A stretch of 64,000 bases of DNA from Elusimicrobiota bacterium (GTDB lineage: Bacteria > Elusimicrobiota > Elusimicrobia > F11): contig JBGAON010000001.1 in NCBI GenBank assembly GCA_044221725.1, positions 192,001 through 256,000 on the forward strand. Direction: 5' to 3'. The notes below the pieces were generated by a model, which made no database searches, had not been told where the DNA came from, and saw only the letters and a program-made list of their open reading frames with translations. The first letter of the stretch is position 1. Each line of letters opens with the position of its first letter. Shown here piece after piece: positions 41,302-54,400 of the stretch. A program made the translations under genes and the position numbers.

Positions 41302-42410
41302 GCGGATCGAAACATTTACGTATCGACATCAACGTGCCGACGGCGATCGTGCAAGGTTCCTGCGAACAACGCGTATTACCGAGCGGGCCAGATCACGACA
41401 CTTTCCGGAACAGCGGCGGACACGACAAGCACGGTGCGCGAGTGGCCCTCTACATCCAGCGCGTGCCGATGGACAATTCTGGACGGATACGGAAAGCCCC
41501 GCGGACGGATCCGGAGTATGGGAACAACGATGACGGCGATCGTGGTCTCAACAGCGAGCATGCCGAGCTGGTCGTATGCCAGAACGAGTCGCAGGATCTG
41601 GGCCACAACCAACCGTAGTATCGAGCGTGATTATGGCGACGACCTGCCGGGAACAAAATATCGTTTGTGGTGGAACCTCGTCGAACGCGCCCTACCTATG
41701 ATGCGTGCCGGTCGCCGGTGGTTACGCCTGTGGCGAACGATTTCGCGTAACGTGCCAACGAAACCGTTGCCGGTAATTTCTGAACCGCTACCGATGAAAC
41801 GTTTGGGAGTCGCAGCAGCGTTTCGTACTAATTAAAGAAAGCGGGGATGGATTGTACTGGAACGCTGTACCAACTCCTTCAGTTCCGTTAAGGGTGAATC
41901 GGTCCAACGCGATGGCGTTTACGGGTCCGAACGTGTGGACGTCAACGCATCCGACGCTGCAAGACGGTCTCGCGTATCAGGTGCGTATGCGCGCGACCGA
42001 CAAAGCCGGCAACGTCGAACCGCTGCGTGCCACCACCGCCTTCACATTCGATGTGTCGTCGCCGACGGCCGGAATTGTATTGCCCGTCAACAATTCAAAT
42101 ATTTCGAGCCTGCCGACGATTTCAGGAACGGTGACCGATAACACAGGACTTTCTGGAGTCCAGCAAGTGGAATTGGCAATCTATGTTGACACCGGTGGAT
42201 GGTACAACGAAGCAAACAATACTTTTGATCAATCGTCGGAACATTATTTTGTAACCAGTTCGACGAACGGATTTGCCACTTGGTTCTCCACCGGCATTCC
42301 TTTTGTGAGTGGTCACATTTATGCGTTGCGTTCGCGTGCGACGGATAAAGCGAACAATGTTCAGACAATTTTTGCGACAGCCGTGAGCACATTATCGTTC
42401 ACGTTCGATA
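38785..42410 (+). repeat. Tandem duplication, 1815-bp (605-aa, five-domain) unit, two copies (~38785-40600 and ~40600-42410)
   Basis: gccgagccgggcaactcggc at 39001 and 40816 (offset 1815); after the damaged patch the offset is 1795 (tcgtcgcc at 40261 vs 42056). Confidence 0.95.
41115..41905 (+). other. Indel-riddled copy of ~39300-40110; multiple frameshifts, net -20 nt; probable consensus error
   Basis: Direct comparison with copy 1: gcgaccggactg>gcgactgactg, gggcttcacg>gggctcacg, gatgatgcgggga>gatggcggga etc.; flanks match copy 1. Confidence 0.85.
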
Positions 42411-45400
42411 ACACGGCGCCGGCCAGCCAAGTGACTTTCCCTGATGGAACGCAGGTTCGCTCGACGATTCCACAAATCCTTGGTACAGCAAGCGATAACA
42501 AGTCCGGGGTTGCGTACGTTTACGCGTCCGTGGGCCAGATTTCCGGGGCCACGACAAATTATTTTGATGGCACGGGCTTCACCGCAGCTACCGAATATTT
42601 CAATTTGGCGACGGGAACAACAAGCTGGTCCTACAATGCATCGATCCCCTACACGTCGGGCTTGCGATATTTGTTCCGGAGTTTTGCGATTGACCAGTCA
42701 GGCAACATCGAGACGGCGCTTGTTCCGCAAATTGCCGCCTGGTACGACGTAACGAAGCCGACCACATCACTAACGTCACCACTGTCATCGACGTACCGTT
42801 CGGAACTGGATTCAATTCAAGGAAACGCGTTTGATGCGACAGCGGGATTGGCTGCGCTGGCTTCGAACGGTGTGCAAGTGAGAATTCTCGAACTGGGCGG
42901 CAATTGGTGGGGTGGTTCGTCGTTCAATCAGCCGGATCCGAACGCCGCCTGGAGCAACGCCACTGGTGGCACACCAACGTCATGGACCTATGTGAACGGC
43001 AGTCTTACCAGCGCGTTACAAAGTGGAACCACTTACTTGATTCAAGTGCGCGCGAAAGATACGGCTGTTCCGGCCAATCAGGGTCCGAGTTCGAATGGTA
43101 CGAATTCGAATTTCACGCTGGGCGTCGATTCGAACACGGTTGTCATCGATAAAGTGGCGCCTGTTTCCGGAATATTCCTGCCAGCGTCTGGCGGAACGAC
43201 GTGGTACTACAATTCCCTGCCGACAATTTCCGGTACGAGCACGGACGCAATTTCACGAATCACCTCAGCGGCCCAGGTGACGGTCAGTATCAAAGAAGCG
43301 TTGCCTGCGGGTGCTTGGTGGTCGGGCGCATCCACATTCACGGCGTCTTCCGAACAGTTCTTCGGCGCCACGACGCTGGCGGCCGCAAATTCCACATGGA
43401 CACTGACAATGCCGACGTTGCGCCATGGAATGGCGTATTTAATTCGTGTGAAAGCATCCGACAACGTCGTGCCAACGCCCAATTCCGAAACCGCACTCTC
43501 GAGTACCACGTTTGTTTACGACGTTCAATATCCGACCGCTACCGTTTATTCGCCGGCCAATGGCGCCATCATTTCCGCGTTAACGGATATCTCCGGAACA
43601 ACGCAAGAAGAATTCGTGACGTCAGCGGTGTATATCACTGTTCGTGACGACACAATGAACCTGTGGTGGGACAACACCAACAGTACGTTCACGTTGCTTA
43701 ACGGCGCAAAGGTGTTTTATCTGGCGTCGCAAGTTGCAGGAAGCTGGAACAATTGGACTTGGTCATTCCCCTCGTCCAAATTTGTTACGGGCCGCGACTA
43801 CACGATCAACGTGTACGCCACAGACGCCGCTGGAAATACTCAGCCCGTGGCGATCAGCGGCTTTACCTGGGATAAAACCGATCCTCTCTCCGAAGTCACC
43901 GTGCCAACGAACGGTTCGTTCCTTCGAGTGGGAGCTTTCACCACGGTGTCTGGTACCGCGGACGACGCGAACGACATTCAAACGGTCGAAGTTTCAATCC
44001 AACGTTTGTCCGACAGCAACTGGTGGAACTCCGGCAGCAACAGTTGGAGCGGATCGGGACCGTTGTACATCTCGCAGACAGCGACGTTGGATGGGGCGGC
44101 CGGCAGTCACCCGCGCGGTTGGCACTTAACGAGCGGCTTACCGGCGGACGCCAAACTCAGTGCCGACGGTCTGTATCGCGTTCGCGTGCGCGCTACTGAC
44201 GCGCCGGGCAATATTCAGCAAACGATTTCGAATGGTATCACGTTCCGATACGATGTCGATGCGCCTTCGTTGGCAATTCAATATCCAGTCGATTCCACAA
44301 TTTATCCGAGCATCACTTCGATTTATGGTACAGCCCAAGATAATTTCAACACCAAGCGCGTTGAGCTGCGTTTGAAAAATGGCAACAACGAATATTGGGA
44401 CGGTGGAAGCTGGGTGGCCCCGGTGAACACGTGGGTTGTTGCGACGGGAACGTCGGCTTCGTTCAACACCGTCAACTGGACTTACACGACGGTGCCGACG
44501 TGGGCCGCACAGACATATCAGCTCAATGTGCGTGCGGTCGATGAAGCCGGCAACTACACGCAAAACTATTCTTCGATCACATTTACGTTTGACAATATTC
44601 CGCCAGTGACAATCACGACCTATCCTGTCTCCGGCTCGACGTACCGATCGGTAGCGTTTATAAATGGAACCGTTCAAGATGGTTTGTCGCCACGGGACAT
44701 TTTGGAAACACGTGTAAAGATTTATCGCAGTACCGGTGTTGGCGGCGTCGAACACTGGAATGGTGGTTCCGATGCTTGGGAAGGTCCGGAAGTTTGGAAT
44801 CTCGTTAACCGCACAAGCCACGGGGGTAGTCTTTATTATTGGGATTATTCGGATACGAACTTTACCGATCCAAATCCCGCGCTCACATGGACATCCGGTA
44901 CCACGTATTACATCGTGTCGCGAGCGATTGACACAGCTGGGAATGTGGCTGTTGAATCGTCGACCAAAACTTTCGTGTTTGATAACACGCCGCCCGCATC
45001 AGCGCCGACCAATCCTCTCGATGCACGCGCTTACAAGGCCAGTGACCTTGCAATCATATCGGGTACCGCAATCGATGCAACCAGCGCGATTGCGAGTGTT
45101 CAACTGTCGATCAAAGATGAAGATACGGCTGGCGGCGCGAAATACTTTAACGGATCCACCTTCTCCGCGACAACGGAAACCTTCTTGGACGTAGCCCAAC
45201 TATTCTCGGCCAGTTGGACGTACACGTCGGGAGGTCTCAGCTTTAATAATGGACATCACTATGTCTTCAAATCATCTGCCGCTGACATTATCGGCAACGT
45301 GGAAACCCCTGGAAGTGGTAACCGCATTTTGTTGGATGGACAAAACCCAGTGTCCGGTGTCGTGAGCCCAACGAACGACTTTACCGGTACCCCCTCTCAA

Positions 45401-48400
45401 ACGGTTTTTGGAACCGCTAGCGATCCGGGATTCACCTCTGGAATCAGCGGAACGGGATCGGGAGTCAAATCGACGCTTTCTTGGCATCAAGGCAAGGCCC
45501 AACTTTTAATCCTTCGTGATGAAGGCGTTTCGATCGGGGCGGGACCCGTTACATACGGTTCATGGAACATCGCTGAAGATTTCGTTTGGAATGGTTCGAC
45601 CTGGGTCGCCGCCAGTAACACGCCGACATGGGTGGATGCGGACAGCATGGACGGACTGGGCAACTGGACTTACCTTGGCCTCGTAAACAATTGGGTGAAA
45701 GGTAAATTTTATGTGGCGTGGGTGCGAGCCATTGACAACGCTGGCAATGTCCAAAACGCGATAACGCCCGGCCCGAAATTCCAAATAGCGGCGCCAGCCG
45801 CGAGTTTTGTCGTAACCGGTCTCACGGACAGTCAAGCCGCTGGTTTCGATCACACGATTACCGTTGAAGCGAGAGACGCGCAAGGATTCCGAGCGACGGG
45901 TTACCAAGGGACCGTGGTGTTCAGCGCGCCCGGTGGACCCGAGACATCCGATACGGATGATACTCTCGACGATATTTACGGTTTACCGAAATCTTATACG
46001 TTCGTTTCTGGGGATGCCGGCATTCACACGTTCACCACGTCGGTGCGATTCCGTCAATCGGGCACACGGCAGATTCGAGCCGAAGATTCCGTCGACGCGT
46101 CTATCTTTGGCGTTCAATCTGGCATAACCGTCAATCCGGCATCAGCGATCGGATTGCTTGTCGTTGCTGCGGGTCAAACGTACGCACCCGGAGAAAGCCC
46201 GACTCCCGATGGTGACGGAAAGACCGGTTCAATCACACCGGTTACCGCCGGTAACACGATTGTTTCTCAGATTAAAGTGGTTGATAAATATTGGAACACT
46301 GTCACATCATCGAGTCCTGTTATATCGGTAGTAACTTCTGACCCATACGATACCGATCCGGGCTCTGTTTCCATTACCGCGGGAACGGCCACCGTGAATG
46401 TCACGATGACGACAGCCGGCAATCAGACCATCACGGCGTCTGGCGCGGGCACCGACGGAATTTCAAATACCGTTGTGATAAACCCGAAATCGGCGGATCG
46501 GTTGGTTGCGGTGTTGCCGGGTCAGACGCGGACGCAAGGAAAATACAATGTTATCCCGTTTGGAAAAACAGGATCTGTTTCCAATATTTATGCAGGTCAG
46601 GCGATGACCGTCAGCGTGTACGGCGTTGACCAGTACTACAACCTCGACCCGGCTGCGAGTGTGGTTGTCTACACGGATCTCCCCAACGATAGCTACGATA
46701 CGACGCCGTTCTCGCGTACGCTCGTCAGCGGAACGACGGCGTTCACGTTAACGCCGGTGACCTCCGGTTCTCAAGTTGTGCGGTCCACTGCAAACGTAAC
46801 GAACAACACGTACACGTCGGAATCATTTACTGTGCTGGCCGATACGGACTCAACACAAATCCGTATTCAGCTTGTTTTTTCTGGCGAAACACCGGTGCCA
46901 GGACTTCCTCCGTACGCGCAACAGAACGGTGGAAAAAACGGGACGCCGAACGCGCAGTATGCGGGGCTCGGTTCAACGGTTACCGTGCGACTGGTGGACC
47001 GTTTCTACAATTTGATTACCGGCGGAGCCGTTATGCCAACAGTGACGCTCACCACGAGTGATCCAAACGACGATGGTTTTGGATTTGCTCCGGTCGCTGT
47101 CTCGCTCGTGAACGGTGTGAAGCAAGCGACAATTACATTCGTCACTTCCAATAACGCCTACTCGAGTTCCGCGAACCCCGCGCGCAACAACAAAGGTTGG
47201 CAGGTCACCACGAACGGCGGAGGTTTGTACACCGCCGATGTTTCGACGTGGGTCGTCACGTATCCCAATGATATTGTGAAGTTACGATTGCTCGCATCGA
47301 ACCAAGTTATTCAGGAAGGTTCATCGCCAAGCGGCTCGGGCAAAACAAATTCTGGTTCTCCCGTTTCAGGTACAGCCGGAACAGCGTATCCACTAACCGT
47401 GCAAGCGGTTGACCAATATTGGAACCAAAATCTCGGTCTTGGTCCGTTGCATAACACAGGAGCCGGTCAAAATGTGGATATCGAAAGCAACGATCCTTAC
47501 TCGCTATTTCATTCCACGGGCCCGCTTACGCAGGGCGAAAAAGTATTTTCAACATTTGAACCGCGCACCGCTCAAACGTTGACCGTGTATGCGTATAGCG
47601 TCGACGATCCGTTGATTTCAAGCCAGACGATCACCGGTATAACGATCACCCCGGCGGCGGCTGCGCATTATCAAACCCTGCTGCCGGGCGAGACGCCGTT
47701 GCCCGGATCAAATGTTTATCCGACGGGAGGAAAATCCGGCACGCCAAACACACAAACGGCGGGCACCGCGATTCCGTCGCCCGGCGTTGAAATTCGTTTG
47801 GTGGACGATTATTGGAACCCTATTGTTTCGGGCCCACTGCCGTGGGTGATATTGACGGCGCCCGAAACCGTGGATACCTACGCGGTGCTGCCGTCAAGCC
47901 AGCAGATGGCATTGAGCGGTGGCGTTTATCGAGCGGTTTTCACGAGCACGGTGACGCTCCGAACCGCTGGTGCTGCACTGTCGCACCGCATTTTAGCAAC
48001 CGATCCTGGACTCACAAATTATTCGGCATCCTATTCGTCGTATTTCACGGTGCAGCCAAACACCTTAAATCGCCTTCAAGTTTTGATGCCCGGTGAAACC
48101 GCGGATCCGGGGCGCCCCGCGAACTGGCTTGGAGGAGGCGGGTTGGCTGGAAAAACAGGGTCGCCAGATGAAGATGGCATCAGTGCGAATGGCGTCCAGT
48201 CATTCTATGCCGGGAACAGTTACAACGTGACAGTTAACGGAGTGGACGCGTTTTATAACGTGGTCAGCACGAACTCGACAATAAGTCTCACGTCGAGCGA
48301 CCTGAATGGAACGCCCGACAACGTGACGCCGCTCAGCAACACCTTGGCGGCCGGCACAACCGGATTTTCTGTGATATTTAAAACGGCACAAGATGCGGCC

Positions 48401-51400
48401 GCGGCTCCGGTGACCCAACAACTCACGGCCGCGTCGGGCGCATTGACGCCGGGATTGACGCCGAACCTAAACATCCAAGCGAATTCGTCGACCCATATTC
48501 AAGTTTTGTTAACGGGCGAGACCGCGGCACCCGGAACGTCCGCCGGAAAAACCGGAACACCCACCGCTGCGATTGCGGGCGAAGATTATTCGATCGTCAC
48601 GCGTCTCACCGATGATTATTGGAACGCGATCGGAAACACGTCGTCGGATGTTGGGCTTCGCCTGACAACCACCGATCCCTACGATTCACCGGACCCAGAC
48701 ACAACAGCGACGATCTTGCAAGGGGCCGGCAATTTCTCGACGACGTACACGCACAAATTCCAACGTCAGAATACCACCGGATGGTACGTCACGGCGTCGA
48801 CGCAAACCGGCCCGCTGTATGTTTCCACAATGGTCGGGCCGGTGCCCGTCACGGCGGACAGCAACGCGGCGAACAATCACTATCTGATTGTTGTGTTGCC
48901 CGGCGAACAATTTGAAGCTGGAAAAACGGCGGCACCCGCCGGTCGCACTGGAACGCCAGACTTCACAGCGGTTCTTGGATCCTCTGTTCCGAGGGCCGGC
49001 GATTCGTTCCCCGTCACTGTGGTCGCTGTTGACCGTTTCTACAACAAGGTCGATGATTCGGATAACCCGCTTGTAACGATTTCGGCGAATCCATTCTTGT
49101 TCCCGACGTATGCTCCCGGTGCTTCGTTCACGCTCACGAATGGAAGTGCGACCGTGAACGTGACACTGCGTCGGTCAACGGGTACGGCAACCCTTTCAAT
49201 CAACGAAGCCGCCTACGGGTCTGGAATTGAGTACAGCACCGGGACATCCTCGACGTTCTCGGTTGTTCCGAACTCAGCGACGCGGCTGCAGGTCCTGTTG
49301 CCCGGAGAGACAGCGGTGCCCGGTTCATCCACGGGCAAAACCGGATCTGCCGACTCCGACGGAAACAACAGCGCAAACGGCGACGGCATCGCGGGCAACA
49401 TAGACGACTTCGTTGCGGGCGTTCCGTACCAAGTAAACGTGCGCGCCACGGATGACTATTACAATTTGGTGACCGGCGCAACGCCGAAGGTGACTCTCAC
49501 ATTGACCGATCCGTACGCGCAGCCGGCGTCGCAACAACAAGATTTGATTTCAGGCTCCACCGTTTACGCGGTAACATTCTTTACCGCAAATCCGAGCGGA
49601 TGGAACATTAATGTCGCCACGAGCGCCGGTATTAACTTGATTCCAGCCACGTCGGCGAACGCGATTGTACGCGCGAACTCCGCCACAAAACTTTTGGTGC
49701 TTGTGCCGGGGCAGACGCAGGTGCCCGGTAACGTTTCGGCGAGTGGCAAATCGGGAACAATCACCGGGGCAACCGCCGGTAGTGTATGGATCGCAACGGT
49801 AACTGCCGTCGACAACTGGTACAACACGGTCACGAGTGCGAGCGGCAACGCCTGGTTCGTAACCTCGGATCCGTACGATGTCGAAGCCACAACGCGCACG
49901 CTTGTTAACGGCACCACGTCGTTCTCAATTCAGATGGTGCAAGCGGGCAATCAGACGCTTACCGTTTATCATCTCGAAGGATTCTATTCGACCGGCACGG
50001 TCACCAATATTCCGATCACGGCAGGCACGGCCAACCGCGCATTGGTAATTCTGCCAGGCGAAACCTATCTGCCCGGAAAACCGCCGTACACAATTGGCAG
50101 TGGAACCGGTGGAAAAGCAACACCCGATTCTCCGTCATCGCAGACGGCCGGTACAGCAATCAATCCGGTTACGGTGTACGCCACCGATGCGTATTGGAAC
50201 CAAGCGGTTTCCGTTGCGACCGTTACATTGACCGCGCCCGCGGATGTCAATCCGATGGGTCTTACCGATTTGCATCTGGTGGGCGGTGCCACCTCGTACG
50301 CGCCAATCCTTTACAAAGCCGTTGATTACAATGGTTCGACGCACACTTTCTCAGTTTCGATCGCGGGCCTAACGAACCCTGATTACGACACGCCCCAATT
50401 CATTCTTTATCCTGACACCGTTGGGCCGAGAAAGATCCGCATGCTGTATCCCGGCGAATCCCGCGTTCCGGGAACCGTCGCAGGTAAATCCGGAACTGTC
50501 ACAGGGCCGGCTGCGGACAGTCACTTCACGGCCGGACAATTGGTGGCAATCACGCTCGATGGCACCGACTCTTGGGGAAATATTTTGGATGTTGGTTCGA
50601 CGTTCACGTACACGACCGACGACGCGTACGACACGAACGATCCCCGCAGTGTCACGCTCTTGCACGGTACATCATCGTATATGCATCGATTTATTACCGA
50701 GCGAACAAATGATGCTGGTGAAGTAACCATACCGAACTTCACGTACGCAACCGCTACCGCGAGTGGATACGCGCCTCAGTCGGTGGCTATCAACGTCGAC
50801 GACGATGACACCGTTCGCAATCTCCAGATTCTCGTTCAAGGCGAGACCCCGGTTCCGGGCAGCGGCACGTGGCCGACCGCTGGAAAATCAGGACAACCGG
50901 ATGGCAACACGGGCACCGGTCCAATCGACAATTTTGCGGCGGGTCAGAACATTTCGATTACGGTTCGGGTCGTCGACAATTATTGGAACTTGGTTGAAAA
51001 TCCCCAGAAGGGCCAACCGCTTATCCAGTTAACCGCGACGGATCCCAATGTCAGCGTTCCGTTGTTGTCGGGCGCGCCAATGTCGGGTGGCGCGTTGTCA
51101 ACGACGGTTCAATTGCGGACAAAGAATCTGACCCCAGGCTGGGTCATCACAGCGACGGGCACGGCGAACACGTTTGGGTTTGCGAACAACACATCGGCTG
51201 CCATTCCCGTTGATGCAGGAGCACTGGCGGCGTTGCAAATTCTGGCCCCCGGAGAAACGCCGAGTTCGGGAACCATCACCGGCAAACTCGGCACACCCAG
51301 CACGCAGGTTGCGGGAACCCTATTTAATATTCCGATCGGAAATATTCGTGCGATCGATGCTTTCTATAACACTGTATCGACAAACGGATCGGTGACCGTG

Positions 51401-54400
51401 ACAATGCGCGATCCGTTTGGTTTGCCGCAAAGTCAGACGCTTGCGCTCTCCGCTGGTGCGAATCCGGCGGTTGTCCCGATTACGCTCAAGATTTCAACCG
51501 CTACCTTTAGTCCGCAGGAATTGTACGTGAACGGTCTCGGTGTGGTGGGCAGCACCTCGACGGCGATCCCGGTCAATCCGAACACGGCAACGAAATTGCA
51601 GGTATTGTTGCCCGGTGAAACGGCCGTGCCCGGTTCGGCCTCCGGCAAAATCGGAACGCCCAGCGGCGCCGCTGCCGGAGACAATTATGCGGTCTCCGTG
51701 AATTTGACCGACAATTACTTCAACACGGTTCCGCAGGCCACGCAACCAACGGTTCGTTTATTGACAATGGAGCCGACATCGTTCTTTACCGTTGCTCCGG
51801 CCCAGCAGACGCTCGCGATCAATGGATCGGCGAGTTACACCATGACGTTCCAAGGTGCGAACAGCGCTCCGGGTTGGCGCGTGCTCGCGACCACGGTGCC
51901 GGCATCGGTGTATTCGGCGTTGCCCGATACGTCGCCGGTTGTGGTTGTGGTTGCAACGACAACCGATCGTCTGCAGCTGGTTCTGCCGGGGGAAACGGCG
52001 GTGCCCGGATCGACGGTCGGCAATGCGCGCGGCCTCAGTGGAACGCCGACAGCGGCCACCGCCGGCGTGGACTACATCGTGACGGTGCGACTCACCGACC
52101 GCTTCTACAATTTGAAAACGGATGCGACACCACAAGTGCAAGTGGACACGAACGATCCCTACGACACGCATCCGTCCACGCGAACGATGTTGAACGGGAC
52201 GACCACATACACCATTCAATTCCACACCGCGCCCGGTCCGTATTGGATCCACGCGGCGACGGTGCCAAGTCATGTGACGCCAACGCTCGCGGACTTCACA
52301 TCGGCGAATGTTGCAGTGAATCCCGGATCGCCAACGATGTTGCAAGTTCTTTTGCCTGGTGAGAGCGCGGTTCCCGGGAAGCCGCCCTACGACTTTGGCG
52401 AAAACGGCGGAAAGACCGGAACACCCGACTTCGACGGAAACAATGGAAATGGCATCCAGTCATTCGTTGCCGGAAGTACCTTCGATGTGACCGTGAATTT
52501 GGTGGACCAGTATTTCAATCGCTCGAATACGCAGAACACGTTTGTGGTTCTTTCGGCGAACGATCCTTATGACACGTTGGCCGCGCTTGGCCAAAAACAA
52601 ACAGGCGCTGGCGGATATCAGAACGGCCAGACGGCTTTCCTGGGCGCGAGCCTCGTCACACGGAACACGACACCGGGTTGGCAAATCTTCGCATCAACAA
52701 ACAATGGTGACAATTACTCGATGGGTCGATCCACATGGGTGCCAGTGGCCTCGGGTTCGCTGCAGCAATTGCTCGTGCTCGCGCCGGGTGAAGTGAGCGA
52801 AGAAGGAAACCCCATCGGTAAGTCCAATCCAAATCCGTCCACCGAGGTGGCCGGAACAACATTCACCGTCACGGTTCGTGCCGTTGACTCGAATTACAAC
52901 ATCGTTACCACGACGGATTCTCTCGTGGCTCTCACGTTTATCGGCAATTCGGACGCAACGAAAGACGACGCGTTCAGCGAGCCGACGCGGCCCCTGGCAA
53001 AAAATCTTATCAGTGGAACGACCACGTTCGACCTGTATCTTGTGACCGCCGAAAACAAACAAACAATAATTATTGCGACGGCGCCGGCTCTCACGCCGGG
53101 TTATTCGGGTTCGATTCCAATGACGGCGGATGTAACCGATCGATTCCAAATATTATTGCCCGGCGAAACAGCGGTGCCGGGCTCGTATGCCAGCGGTGCA
53201 CGAGGATTGACCGGTCAACCCGATATCGACGGCAACAATGCCAACGGTATCTCGCCGTTTATCGCGGGAACACCATTCAATGTGCAAATTCGCGCGACCG
53301 ATCGGTTCTGGAACAAGACAACGGCAACGCCGATCAACATGACGCTCACGTCTTCTGACCTAAATGACCTTTCGGATCCGATGACAATTAATTTAACGGC
53401 CGGTGCGACAACGGTGGCGTGGACCTTCAACACATCGAATCAAACGCCGGGTTGGAATCTAACAGTGGATGACGGTGTCGCGGCATTTACCGGATTTACA
53501 TCGACCGATGTCCCAACCGCGCCAGGCACCGCAACGAAGTTGCAAATCTTGTTGCCCGGCGAAACAGCAGCGCCAGGCACCTCCACCGGTAAGACGGGAA
53601 CGCCGTACGCGTGGGTGGCTGGCGTATCGAGCAAGGTGATTGTGAATGTGGTCGATAGCAACTGGAACATTGTGCCGACCGCCAGTTTGTCGGTGCGCCT
53701 AAGCAACAACACCGACGTCTATACATCGACACAAACGCTGCCTCTAACGAATGGCACGACAACATTTAATTTCACGATGTACACGGCGACCGCCGCCACA
53801 ACATTCACCGCGCAACGCACGAGTGGTTTGTCGATTGCAAATCCAACATCAACATCGGCCAGCTTCGCAACAAACGCGAACTCCGCTACGCAGCTCCAAG
53901 TGTTGGTCCCCGGCCAGACCGCGCTGCCTGGCAAACCTCCGTACAACGGAACCGGCGGATATTCCGGTTCTCCGGATTACGATTCGAACTCTGGCAACGG
54001 AGTAACCGCATTCCCTGCTGGCGTTCCGTTCAATGTGACGGTGCGCGCGGTGGACAACTATTACAACCTGGTGCAGCCGAGCGCTAAGGTTCAGTTAATG
54101 ACCGAAGATCCCTTTGATCCAACGATCAATCCGCAGTCGCTGGCGGCGGGCACGACGACGTTCTCTATTTATATGCAGACGGTGAACCAAGCTCCCGGAT
54201 GGACCATCACGGTAGCCACGACATCAGATTCCCCGACGAGCTTAATCGCGAACACGACACCCGCGATTCCGGTCACGGCGGGCGCTGCCGCAAAACTGCA
54301 ATTGTTGCTGCCCGGCGAAACGGCGGTGCCGGGCTCAACCGCGAATAGCACGCTCGGAAAAACGGGCACGCCGACGAACGCAACCGCAGGAACTCGCTAC

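Noticed and set aside
41298..41835. Short ORFs 41298-41618 and 41434-41835 as separate genes
   Set aside because: They are frame-scrambled fragments of the repeat (contain DINVPTAIVQ, TTMTAIVVSTASMPSWSY, TKPLPVIS)
41115..41905. Programmed frameshift or phase-variable tract
   Set aside because: Many scattered indels rather than a single slippery site or simple-sequence tract
38975..42063. Diversity-generating retroelement template/variable repeat pair
   Set aside because: Differences are mostly indels, not adenine-specific substitutions; the unit is too long; no reverse transcriptase in window
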